The notes under the pieces were generated by a model. It saw only the letters and a program-made list of their open reading frames with translations. It had not been told where the DNA came from and did no database searches. DNA of 63,530 bases, counting the filler, from Collodictyon triciliatum (Eukaryota): the NCBI GenBank assembly GCA_043381765.1. It is 25 parts of 25 records of this genome, joined end to end, with 100 filler letters (N's around TTAATTAATTAA, not from the genome) between each part and the next. Parts side by side here need not be neighbours in the genome. Positions count along the whole stretch, not along the records: positions 15,649 to 18,154 come from JBHJMP010008754.1; positions 18,255 to 20,758 come from JBHJMP010008755.1; positions 20,859 to 23,362 come from JBHJMP010008756.1; positions 23,463 to 25,966 come from JBHJMP010008757.1; positions 26,067 to 28,570 come from JBHJMP010008758.1; positions 28,671 to 31,174 come from JBHJMP010008759.1; 19 more parts are not named here. One strand, 5' to 3'. The translations under genes and the position numbers were made by a program. This document shows positions 15,862-29,617 of this stretch, in pieces (position 1 is the first letter of the stretch; every line of letters starts with the position of its first letter).

Positions 15862-17914
15862 CCTTGATGGGAAATTATGCGATGTTCTTCTGGTTGGGCA
15901 TTTTGCTGCCTTGGGTATCAAATTTAAAAAAACATAAATACCCCCCATTCCTATATTCTAAACACATGTCCTCTGAAAAGGTTGTGTTCAAATTAGTAAT
16001 GAAAAATGTATGATATTAAACATACTTGAAATTTGTTAAAAGGGCTCGTGCGCGTTTTTGAATAAAAGGAAGAGAAAGAATCGTTTCAATCGACGGTCTG
16101 TCCTCAGGATTCTGGGAGAATTCAGAAAGGCAATACATACTTTTCATATAAGCATATGAATGTACTCTTTGAAACGAAAAAATAAACAATCAAAAGATGA
16201 AATGAAGGATTGGTCAAATTTATCTCGACACATTCTGCGATTTAGATATGTTACTTGTTGGAGCATCATAGATATAAGTCCCTTCAAATCACTTGAGTAG
16301 TGTTCTGGTATAGGTGGGTATACACCCCTCAGAATTTTTAGAACCAGAGATGGTAGATTCTAGAATAGTGCAAATGTGAGAGTGCTGTTCAGAATATATG
16401 TATACCAATATGTTAGAAAAGTGATATTGTCGAGAGCATAGGACGCTTTTTCTTTCTCCTTTGATTCAATTGGAAGATTTTGGTAAGCTTAAATAAGTTT
16501 GAGTCGAATTACATTCCCATCGAATGCGTGACGAAGGGTGGTTATTTCGTAAAGAAGACAACCCAAAGACCAAACGTCACTCTTTTGATTATATGTGAGA
16601 CATTGTCAAGAAATGTTTTGAAAGAATATTTTGAATTAAAATTAAAGAGAAAAATAAAATCATGGCGTTCAGAGAATAAATCATGCTGTAATTAAGGATA
16701 TGGCATGTCCTGGCAAATCTCTGGAGATAAGTAATACGGAGTGCCAACACACTGTAAATAACAAGTTCTCTTAAATTATATCACTTATTAAAATTTCTTT
16801 AGGTAGAGAAAAAAAAAAGCACTATAGTAGATATACAGATGGTTATGAGTTTTTTAGTTGATAATTTGCTACGGTCTTTGCAAAGTGGGTTTGCGTATTC
16901 ATCACTCGAGCTATTCCAAAGTCGCCCAATTTAACAATATTTGTTTCATCATAAATTATTTCCTTGGGGGGTTATTAAAAAAAAATTAATCGACTACATG
17001 TATTATCCTGGCTCAGGCAATATCCACAGAAGCTGTGAGCATACAATTACACTTCACTTACTTGATTTTCGCGGTCGATTATCTTATTTCCGCTCGTTGT
17101 GAGAAACACGTTGGATGATTTTAAATCTCTGTGAAGAATGTTTTGCTGATGGACATGATGAAGAGCCATCGTAATTTGAACAAACCAGTTGATGATTATC
17201 TAGTGGTGAATCACTAAATTAATATTTAAATATTACAGGCAAGTAGTCTCTTAAGAATTAATACATCTTCTCTAAAATGAACGCCACCAGCTTTCTTGAT
17301 TGCTTCGGCTATATCCCCTCCTATTCATTTAGGTATGAAAAGTTTTAAGTCGTGGAGTGAAAAGTCTCATGATCGAACACCTATTCAAAAACTGAAGAAA
17401 AAAAGTATGATCTTAAAAAGAGCGACGAACCGTCAGCATAATCCATTATGATATTTAGAGCGCCCTCGGCAATGAAGCTTTGGTCATACGCTATGATATT
17501 CGGGTGATTGAGCATGGATAGTACCTAAATATGTATATTGACAATTGGCCAATCGGTTAGCTACGAATTAAATGATGTGTTATTACACTCATTGAGAAAG
17601 TGATAGCTCAGTGGTAATAGTAGTGAAGATAAAAATCATCTGAATGTAAATTAAAACGAGAAGCTATTGAGAATAACATAAAAAGGAGTTGAAAATGAAG
17701 AAAGAAAGAAAAAGAAGGGACCAGCTGAGACTGTGCTTTTAAACCTTGACTTCGTTAATAGCGTCTTCATACTCTTGGGCAGTCATATCAAGGATAGGTA
17801 TTTGTTTCATCACACGAAGCTCAGAGTCAGAGACTCTTCGTACTAGGTGTGCGCTTCCAAACGAACCTCGTCCAATGAGTCTGATCTTTTCATACTCCAA
17901 TAGTTTTTTCTTCC
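15862..17914 (-). CDS. NIMA-related (NEK) Ser/Thr kinase, catalytic domain exons (partial)
   Basis: [18 protein letters not shown]...VMKQI...[17 protein letters not shown]...[13 protein letters not shown]...[77 protein letters not shown]. Confidence 0.95.
16595..16701 (-). other. U12-type (minor spliceosome) AT-AC intron in the NEK gene
   Basis: 5' end ATATCCTTAA, branch point TTTCTTGAC about 10 nt upstream of the terminal AC. Removing it restores ...[14 protein letters not shown]. Confidence 0.9.
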
Positions 17915-18360
17915 CTGGTACATGATGCAGTAATAAGTTTCCCGTGGTAGAGAATCAATGAGATTTTGGTCAATGAGAGCAAGGCATGAATCTAAAAGGG
18001 ACGCGAAACTAAAAATAGGAAAACAAACAAATAAACAAACAATATATATATATACATACATACATACATACATACATACATACATACATACATACATACA
18101 TACATACATACATACATACATACATACATACATACATACATACATACATACATANNNNNNNNNNNNNNNNNNNNNNNNNNNNNNNNNNNNNNNNNNNNTT
18201 AATTAATTAANNNNNNNNNNNNNNNNNNNNNNNNNNNNNNNNNNNNNNNNNNNNTATCTTTATCTTTATCTTTATCTTTATCTTTATCTTTATCTTTATC
18301 TTTATCTTTATCTTTATCTTTATCTTTATCTTTATCTTTATCATCGTCTTTATGCTCCAG

Positions 18361-20575
18361 GAATTCTCTCGAGAATTTGAGAACCATGCTAGTGTGCCAC
18401 CCAAACACGACCGCTCTGAGGACTTCACCGAGTACATAGGTGACTCTGCATACAAAACCTCTGTATCTGCTCGCGCTTCGTTCTTCGAAAGACATGCACC
18501 TGCACCAACAGCACCAAGTACATCGAACCAGTTGTATGTAGCCTTGATGATAAAAACAAAAACAAAAAACCTAACGTACTTTAAGTTGAAAGGAAGAAAA
18601 TATATCTTTTGATAATGAATGACTTAAAATACCAAACTCACTTAGCATATTATGTTCTGTAAAGAAGGTCCTTGAATTCACCCCGTAACTTGCCCAACAA
18701 AGTCGCCAACTCAAAGTCCAGTGACAATTCTCAAAAGACAATCGCAAGGACAGCTTTACCCCCACCAAAGCCTGCTCCTAAGCAAAAGGCCAGTGTGACA
18801 AATACCACAAAGGCACCAGCCCAAACACAAAGAGCTAAACCCGCTGTCAACTCAGGGAAGCAACCCCCTGCAAAACACCATACTGCGAAGGTAAAGTAAA
18901 AATAGTTGGCTATCCTGAAAATAGGAAAAATTGCATTTTGGTTTATAAACCACTTTCATTAAATTATTCTTATGTAAACGCAGGCAAATAAAAGTAGAGA
19001 CTTTATTATTGAGCCAGAGGGATACAGTAATTACGGAGAAAAACTTTACAGCAGAGGGCTGTATGATATAAAAAATTTTATGATGTCTAGATATTTTGAA
19101 GTTCATAGTTTTCTTGTTTAATAGAGTAATCATTTAGTTTCCTACGAAAAAAAATATATTAATTTATTGTTCTATCTCAAGGAATCTGATCGAAAAACAA
19201 CAGAATCTTCGTGAGACAGTTAAAAAAGAAGAATTGGAAAAATGCACCTTCAAGCCGAAAATAAGCAACTATGTAAGTAACATATTAAACCAAAATGATA
19301 TATAGTCTTTCAATCCCTTTTTTACAACTTGGTTTTCGTCTTAATCAATTTTCTACTTTGTTTCTTTTTTTTTGGAAAGGAAGTATTTTCTGTATTTTTC
19401 TTTTTCCATCTTGATATTGCTTAATCAGTCCATTGCTTCATATATTCATTTGTAGGCGCAAAATAAAGCATTCGAGGAACCTTTTGAAGTGAGAGCATCT
19501 CGTTTTGAAGAACAAAAGAAAATGAGGATAGAAAAGGTGCAAAAATTGTGTGAAACTAACTTTTTTACTCATGAGTGATTGTCAGTTTTGTTTGGTTTTG
19601 GCTCATTTTTTTATTTGTTTGGTTTTTTATTTGTTTGGTTTTTTATTTGTTTGGTTTTTTATTTGTTTGGTTTTTTACTCGTTTGGTTTGGTTTTTAACT
19701 ATTAGTGGCAGCTAAAATAAAATAAACAAAAAACCGATATTATTTATTATTGCTTAATATAAGGCTGCTGAAGACAGAAGATTGACAGAGGAAAGGAACC
19801 TTACCTTCACCCCTCAAATCAATGAGTATACATCCGAACGACAAGTGTGTTTAACCTTTATTTTAAATGTTAAGGAACTCAATCAGCCAATTAAATCCTG
19901 CATTTTTAATACAATATCTGCCGAAGACAGTTGATAATTGTCGTTTTAAGTGAAATTTACGAAATATCAGAGGTCATCCGATATCATAGAGGAGATGCAA
20001 GATGATATCCAAGTACGTAGGGAACACATGGAGCGCTTGCGAAAAAGATTTGAAGAGCTCGAAATCGAATCTCTCAAAGGAACGCCGACGATATCGGGTA
20101 TCTTCATATATTTTTAATAAGTTGGCTGTGTTTGCTGTGTTTGCTGTGTTTGCTGTGTTTGCTGTGTTTGCTGTGTTTGCATCAATTCCTTCATTTAAAA
20201 GTGTGTTTCATTCATTTGCTTGATACTAATCCGAACTTGATACAGACTATGCTCGAAGTATCAAAAGGTCAGAGCCCATATACGCTCGATTGATTAGATG
20301 GCAAAGCGAAGTGAATGAAAAAAGAGACATGGCTGTGAATGAACGCAATAAACGTAATTGTGAATAGTTTATTTTCATTAAGTTTTTAATTCACAAAATG
20401 TGGAACCCCAAATCAAAGATGCAATAAAAAAAAATTATCAAATCACAGATGAGGCTAAAAAAAGGGAGGCACCAGCAGTTCATGTTGAAGATAGATTGTA
20501 CCGTGATGCTTTAGAAAGAAGCGAGAAGCGCGATACCTTGCGCAAGTCCATCAAAACGCAAGAGGACTTGGAAAG
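18361..20575 (+). CDS. Uncharacterised coiled-coil protein with repeated (C/L)TF.P.I motifs, multi-exon (partial)
   Basis: Exons KEELEKCTFKPKISNY, EERNLTFTPQINEY and VEDRLYRDALERSEKR with GT-AG boundaries. Confidence 0.6.
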
Positions 20576-20858
20576 GTACATATTCTCTTCTTTTACTTTT
20601 ACCTTTACTCTTAATTTCATTCTTACTTTTATTTTTACCTTTTACTTTTACTTTTTATTTTTACTTTTTATTTTTACTTTTTATTTTTACTTTTTATTTT
20701 TACTTTTTATTTTTACTTTTTATTTTTACTTTTTATTTTTACTTTTTATTTTTTCTTTNNNNNNNNNNNNNNNNNNNNNNNNNNNNNNNNNNNNNNNNNN
20801 NNTTAATTAATTAANNNNNNNNNNNNNNNNNNNNNNNNNNNNNNNNNNNNNNNNNNNN

Positions 20859-20931
<73 letters not shown>

Positions 20932-21001
20932 CATAAATAAAATAAAAATTGAAAAAAAAACAAAAATTGAAAAAAAAACAAAAATTAGGCCTAACAGCTC
21001 A

Positions 21002-21448
21002 TCATAAATCGCTCAACTCACTAGCAGCCGCGGCATTCCGGACCGTGATCGATCGCTGTTGCAAAAGAATCTCACTGGGTAGAGGCTGTTGGTGTTGATA
21101 ATGCTGCTGTTGTTGGTGCTGCTGTTGAAAGGCGGGCGGGGCGTAATGCGAGGCAGCTGCATTTGCCTCGGGTTGGACATACACACGGATCTCCTTGACG
21201 CGGGTGGCAGGCGGCTGGCTTTGAGCCACAGGCGCAGCCGGGGCCTCTGCAGCGGGCGGCGAGCCTATGAGGAGAGTGCGTGGCATGTTTGCGGTGATCT
21301 CGTACTCATCAATCAGGTCCTGCGGCTGCGGCTGCGGCTGATCCGGCCAGGCCGAGGGATCCACGTCTGCGTCTGTGCTGTTGCTCGAGAACGAAACGTC
21401 TCCAAAGGACGCCTGGGGCTGTCCCACACTGCGCCTGTATGGATCCAT
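21002..21448 (-). CDS. Hypothetical Pro/Gln/Ala-rich protein (GC-rich; possibly the first exon)
   Basis: 148-aa ATG ORF with coding-like composition; no recognisable domain. Confidence 0.45.
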   Translation of the reverse strand: MDPYRRSVGQPQASFGDVSFSSNSTDADVDPSAWPDQPQPQPQDLIDEYEITANMPRTLLIGSPPAAEAPAAPVAQSQPPATRVKEIRVYVQPEANAAASHYAPPAFQQQHQQQQHYQHQQPLPSEILLQQRSITVRNAAAASELSDL

Positions 21449-22009
21449 CCCCGCTTGCTGTGCTCGCCTTGCGGGTGAGGCAGAGGCAGGGTGGCGCGTC
21501 TTTGGTTTAGTATGGTACGTCTGATCTGCTCCTTGCGGGAAAAGAGGTGCTGGAGAGAAGGAGAGGGAAGGGAAGGGCTGTCTGGTAGGCTTCTCTGCAT
21601 TTTACTATCATTATTTACTTTGATCTGCCTTGCTTCTTTGTGTTTGGGTTCTTTATAAAAGTGTTGGCGGGCTGTGTGCTGTGTCGCCTCCCGTATGTGT
21701 GTGTGTGTGTGTGTGTGTNNNNNNNNNNNNNNNNNNNNNNNNNNNNNNNNNNNNNNNNNNNNNNNNNNNNNNNNNNNNNNNNNNNNNNNNNNNNNNNNNN
21801 NNNNNNNNNNNNNNNNNNNNNNNNNNNNNNNNNNNNNNNNNNNNNNNNNNNNNNNNNNNNNNNNNNNNNNNNNNNNNNNNNNNNNNNNNNNNNNNNNNNN
21901 NNNNNNNNNNNNNNNNNNNNNNNNNNNNNNNNNNNNNNNNNNNNNNNNNNNNNNNNNNNNNNNNNNNNNNNNNNNNNNNNNNNNNNNNNNNNNNNNNNNN
22001 NNNNNNNNN

Positions 22010-22450
22010 TTTTTTTCACAGAGGCCGTGTAGTGGTGAAGGCTGCCAGGGAATACCCGACAGCTTGTTTTCTAGAAAGATGTATGTTTTATTTGAAGGAT
22101 TAAAAGAACTTTGTTAAGTATATTTTTAGCGATGTTAAAGTCCCCTGTCAAGAATACACTTTGTTTGATTTCTGAGGGAATGTATTCTTTACATATGAGA
22201 CATCTATAAAACTTTTTTGAGTTTCCTTTCGGTATCGTATATTCCAGTTCTTTTTCACAGTTACAACACATCTTGGAGGTTTTTAATTCATCTGCAATAA
22301 CTTTCAAAACGTTTGGATAGTATTTTTTCGTAATCCTCATCCAATTGTTGGCATAGAATTCTTCATCTGAGATTTTCTGCTCCAGTTTCCATACGCCGGT
22401 GCAACATCCTTGCCAAATGTCTTTTCGATTCGGTCCATAAACAATTCACT
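22010..22450 (-). pseudogene. Fanzor (eukaryotic TnpB-family nuclease) C-terminal fragment, degraded, with downstream right-end region
   Basis: Across frameshifts and one TGA: SELFMDRIEKTFGKDVAPAYGNWSRKSQMKNSMPTIG*GLRK/ILSKRF/KVIADELKTSKMCCNCEKEL...YRCLICKEY...TGDFNIAKNIL. This gives the RuvC-II 'DE..TS..C..C', zinc-finger and RuvC-III '(R)D.N.A.NI' motifs. Confidence 0.8.
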
Positions 22451-23265
22451 TTTTTTTTTTTTTTATTTTTTTCCCTTTATTCGATTCAAAGCGCAGCGAG
22501 GTTAAGCCATACAAAGGGGCGGGATGGGAGCGCATGGGAGAGAGCAAACGCGAGTAGGGGAAGACACTACCGTGGAGAGGGTAGCACTGGAAAGAAATCA
22601 GTAATAGCGAGTTGGTCAGGTGGGCGTCCCAACTGGTTGATTGGCTGCGTGGGTAGCAGGGGTTGGATGTGCTGTGAGAGATAACGCACGACACATTCCC
22701 ACATCTCTCTTCGCTTGCGGTCAGAGTAGCGAAGAATGCGAGCGTGTTTCAGCAGGCTGTTCAGGAAACTGTATTGCACGAGGCTTTCCAGCCTGGATAG
22801 ATTGATTTCTCGTTCGGGTGAATCATTCGAGTGAGAGAATGCGCGCACACTCCATAGGGACCACAGCATATGTCCCCTTGTGACTGCCCAGAGTATTCTA
22901 GAGTCGTGGGTCATTTGGTATTGTGGGCTAATTGGGATGTCAGACGCGCTGAGTCGGTTGGGCGCATAATCAAGCTCAGAGAGCAACTTGTGGGTAGATT
23001 CTGTCACTTTTTGAGCAAGAGAGCACTTCACAAATGCGTGTTCCATAGAGTCATCTCCACTATGGCACATGGTGCATTCTGGGGAGGTCGTTGCTGCATG
23101 GACTACGGGCACCTATCCACAGCTCTCTGTTGGAGATATTGAGCAGTAGGGCGCGGTGTTTCGGGAGTAACTGAGATCTGCGGGCTTGCTTCCAGCTTTT
23201 GACTATCAGCGGGTCTATAATGCCTATAGTTTCGGCCCAACGACTCATTTTCTCCGGTTTGTAGA

Positions 23266-23270
<5 letters not shown>
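22450..23270 (-). mobile_element. 3' end of an L1/Tx1-like non-LTR retrotransposon (zf-RVT domain, AATAAA, poly(A) tail), 5'-truncated and frameshifted
   Basis: PECTMCHSGDDSMEHAFVKC (CxxC...HxFxxC) and LWSLWSVR; frameshift near 23085; AATAAA at 22481-22476 followed by an A-run to 22450. Confidence 0.85.
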
Positions 23271-23362
<92 letters not shown>

Positions 23363-24083
23363 NNNNNNNNNNNNNNNNNNNNNNNNNNNNNNNNNNNNNN
23401 NNNNNNTTAATTAATTAANNNNNNNNNNNNNNNNNNNNNNNNNNNNNNNNNNNNNNNNNNNNGAAAAAAAAGAAAGAAAAAAAAGAAAGAAAAAAAAGAA
23501 AGAAAAAAAAGAAAGAAAAAAAAGAAAGAAAAAAAAGAAAGAAAAAAAAAGAAAGAAAAAAGAAAGAAAAGAAAGGAGATAATCGTCAATATATGATAAA
23601 GATTGTCATTGTTATTAAACAAAAATTGCTGATTTGATAAATCTCGTGTTTAGAATCAAGGGGAGCACTATCCAGGGAGTGAGCGCACTGATGCAAGGAA
23701 ACCAAGATGAGCAGTGGACTTTTGCAATGCTATGTATTTTAAGTATTTTGCAAACACTGCTGCGATGGTTTGTCCGTCAATTGCAGGCAAGAACTAATGC
23801 AAGGCATTAATGAGTGGGTTGTGTTTGCTCATAGTTTGTCTTTATTCGATTCACTATGGTAGAAGTGGTTGAGGTGAAACAAAGAAGTAACTCAATGATT
23901 TCATCTCCTTTTTTTTCTTCTCTTTCTATGTACAAATTAATTGAAATAAATGCTTTGGATTCCGGTTGGTTAGCCTCTGTAAAGTCAGAACAAAAAAAGA
24001 AAAAAAGAAAAAAAATCGAATCCCAGCATGCGAAGAAGCAGGATGATGCTGCAAAAGGTTGTTGCCTCTCTTGTGTAACTCGG

Positions 24084-25744
24084 TCAGGAGAAAGAATAGT
24101 TAGCGACGATGCAAAGACACTCCTCCGTCTTGTCTTCCTCATCATTTACAAAGACAAGAATATCGATTGTATTCATCGCCCTTGACGATGCGAATCTGTT
24201 TAAGCGCGATGAGAACACCATAAAGTCAGTGGAATGAATCCTTTTCTTCTTTTCCTTTTTATATATAATTAATAAAACACACAAATGACAGACTTGAAAG
24301 GAAGTCGAATCCACTCACTTCAAACCGATGTACCGAGACTCTCCCTGGGGTATTTCCAGCCGTTGTTCCTTAAACTGCACAAGATGCGGCATATTTGACG
24401 ACAGCGTAAACGTCTTTGTGCACGGGTACGGATTGGAATACGATATTTTCTAGAGGAGGCAGGAGCGGTGATTGTGTTGAGCAACGGAGCCAAAAAAATC
24501 ATTCTTGTCAGCCATGCACAAAAATAAAGGACACACCGGCCCATAATTCATCGTAAGTCTGGGAAAATATTGCAGCATATTCGAAGCATAACAAGAACGA
24601 AAGGGGGTTTCTTGTTAAAAAAAATCTAGAAAAAGAAAAAGAAAAAGAAAAAGAAAAAGAAAAAGAAAAAGAAAAAGAAAAAGAAAAAGAAAAAGAAAAA
24701 GAAAAAGAAAAAGAAAAAGAAAAAGAAATGTAAACATGGGTTCATATATTTATCTTGAATCCAACTTTGCTGCTGGGTGCGTCGTACGGGAGCCGAACTT
24801 CAAATGTCTTGTTTGGCACAGGCAAACGTGATGTGACGCGTATAAGCCATGCACTTACAATAAAGTTACTAGCAACATCTGCAGAATAAAAAAACTAGAG
24901 TAAAGGGATTTTTTTTTCTTTTTGAAAAGGCAAAATCATGACAGGGATGCGCTCGCAAGAAATGAGTGTTCCAGAAGAGAAAAAAAGAACATCGGTCAGT
25001 AAAACATGAATGCGAGAAGGATTCATATACTGCAAACCAAATGTAATTGAGAGATAATTATATATTATTTTTTTTGCGGTAAAGAAGCTGCAAAGGATAC
25101 CAACTACGTTGAGATATATATTTCGCGTTTCAGCAGACATTGGCTTTACAGATAAGGATATCTCTGCAAGACCGTTTGCTGGGAGATATAGCTTATTGCT
25201 TGGATGAACCTGGGTGAAAAAGCACACGAATTGAGGGCAAAAGCGCTTCAAGCATGATTGCAACAGTCAGCCCGATTTCCCAAAAGTGCAAGAATGGGGC
25301 AATGTAATTGAATATTCGCGCCAAATAAATGAATCCTGACAAAATCACAAACAAGTAGACGGGATGGGTCTGAAGAGAAGCATTGAACATCGCGTGTCAG
25401 CCCGCTACCACGAACAAGAATGGACGACTTTGACTTCTGTCCTGCCACAACATTCATGTCGAGTCTATGATGAGTAAATGGTAAGAAACCTCGACGGCGC
25501 TAGGGATGGGAAAAATAAATAAAATAGAATAGAACACAACAAAATAGAAATCAGAAATGACGATAAAAACCGAAAAAAGAATAAAGTAAGAGACCTTTGC
25601 AGAGAATGTACTATGATTTCCCACATCTCAATTAGCTTGGTGCAATACGCGTCGTTGTAAAGCATTAGGAAGAAGCGACCGATGTCTGGAGCTGGACCGC
25701 ATCGATACTTGAAAAATACTTCTTGATGCTGTGCATTCTCGCCC
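24084..25744 (-). CDS. NPHP4: Nephrocystin-4 (ciliary transition zone), C-terminal exons (partial)
   Basis: VFFKYRCGPAP...EMWEIIVHSLQR|LDMNVVAGQ...LVRG...IYLNVV|DVASNFIVSAWLI...KTFEV|KISYSNPYP...|DILVFVNDEEDKTEECLCI, matching the NPHP4 C-terminus (ITYTNPYP, IYINDHEDKNEEAFC). Confidence 0.88.
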
Positions 25745-26255
25745 TAGAAAATAATCAAAAGTGCATTTAATTGAGAGCACATAGTAGATAAACCGAACAA
25801 CCAACCGACAACCAACCGACAACCAACCGACAAACAACCAAACAACCAAGCAACCAACCGACAAACAAGAAACAAAGAAACAAAGAAACAAAGAAACAAA
25901 GAAACAAAGAAACAAAGAAACAAAGAAACAAAGAAACAAAGAAACAAAGAAACAAAGAAACAAAGANNNNNNNNNNNNNNNNNNNNNNNNNNNNNNNNNN
26001 NNNNNNNNNNTTAATTAATTAANNNNNNNNNNNNNNNNNNNNNNNNNNNNNNNNNNNNNNNNNNNNGAAAAAGAGAAAGAAAAAGAGAAAGAAAAAGAGA
26101 AAGAAAAAGAGAAAGAAAAAGAGAAAGAGAAAGAAAAAGAAAAAGAAAAAGAAAAAGAAAAAGAAAAAGAAAAAGAAAAAGAAAAAGAAAAAGAAAAAGA
26201 AAAAGAAAAAGAAGAAAAAGAAAAAGAAGGATTGGGTTAAGAGTAGACGATTCAC

Positions 26256-28030
<1,775 letters not shown>

Positions 28031-28670
28031 TGTCTGGATATGTTTTATAATTATACATTATTTTTTTTTTAAAAAAAAAGGGGTGTTTTACTCGCAGTCC
28101 TCAGGCGAAGGCAGGCTTCTTCCTGCGTGGTTCTGCCAGTGCAGTTGTGACGGGCTCCTTTGAGGCCGGGTGGGAGTGGCGAGCGGGGTGCGGATTTGTG
28201 CGTCAATGGCTCAGAGACATTGACATGTCGATTATTAGGGTTGGCTGCCGAATGTGGGTTGAGGCAAAAGCGGCATCAATGGGCAGAGATCAACAATTCC
28301 AGAAGTAGATATTGACATACGATTCCCTTTTCCGGATTTTATTTTATTGAGTATGCGCAAGCTGACCCGCACAAAGACAAACGCAGCCAAGCAGAGGATT
28401 GCGGTGCAGGAGGTTGATTCTCGAGGAGCTTTCGTGTGTGGGATGGAAGCGAGTTGGCTTCTGCTTAGACTGTGACACGGCATTGGTTGACAGGATCGAT
28501 GCGCGATTCTCCGGGTCCGCTGCTGGCTTGGAGCTTTCGTGCAACCTTGAGCCCAGCATATATTAGTTAGNNNNNNNNNNNNNNNNNNNNNNNNNNNNNN
28601 NNNNNNNNNNNNNNTTAATTAATTAANNNNNNNNNNNNNNNNNNNNNNNNNNNNNNNNNNNNNNNNNNNN

Positions 28671-28722
<52 letters not shown>

Positions 28723-28909
28723 AAAAAAAAAAAAACAAAAAAAAAAAAAAAAAACAAAAAACAAAAAAAAAGAAGTAAAACAAGAGAAAAGAAAAATAAG
28801 AGTCCTGAATACCTTGTCATATAATATAATCCTAAAGCATTTGATATAATTTATGAGTTGGCAAAAACTTTCCATATTCACTATGCTCTTATATTTCAAC
28901 CACTTTAAG

Positions 28910-29581
28910 CTCGTAAAGAATGGTCATCTTATTCATCACAGTTTCAACAGGGAATAAGTGGTGCATCGTAAGATTTTTTATTCATATAATTGTAAATAAA
29001 AATGAATCTATTCAAATTTTACATTAAAAGAAGTCTTTGTCTTATTTTCATATTCATGCACTTTATACGGCGAATTATTATGAATAGAGCAACTTTGCTT
29101 GGAAACGATGTTTATCTCTTTGGAGGACTCATGGGAAAATTCATGACAGCTAACGTCAACAAGACCTTCAAGTTTAACATAGGTTGTTTACTATTTTTGT
29201 AATACAAGGAAACACCGTTATGCCAAACGATCATCTTTGCGTCTAGATACCTACTCATGTTATGCAACATTCTGAGATACCTATGATAATACACAAGAGT
29301 TTCCTAAATTTGGATTGGTTAAATAGGATCGGGAACCCTTACCGAGATAGATGCAGTGTCGCCACCACCCGTCCGGAGATATCACTCAGAGGCTTTTTAT
29401 AATGGAAATATATTTATATTTGGTAACAACACCCACCAAATCCTTTTCTAGACTTATTTCCAATAGTATTTAATCTCTGGCAAAATTTACTAGGTGGGAA
29501 GAATGATAATTTCGTCTGTGGGGATGTACACATGTTTTCAATCGGTAGCAAATACATGTTTCGATATCGGCCCAATCCAAC

Positions 29582-29617
<36 letters not shown>

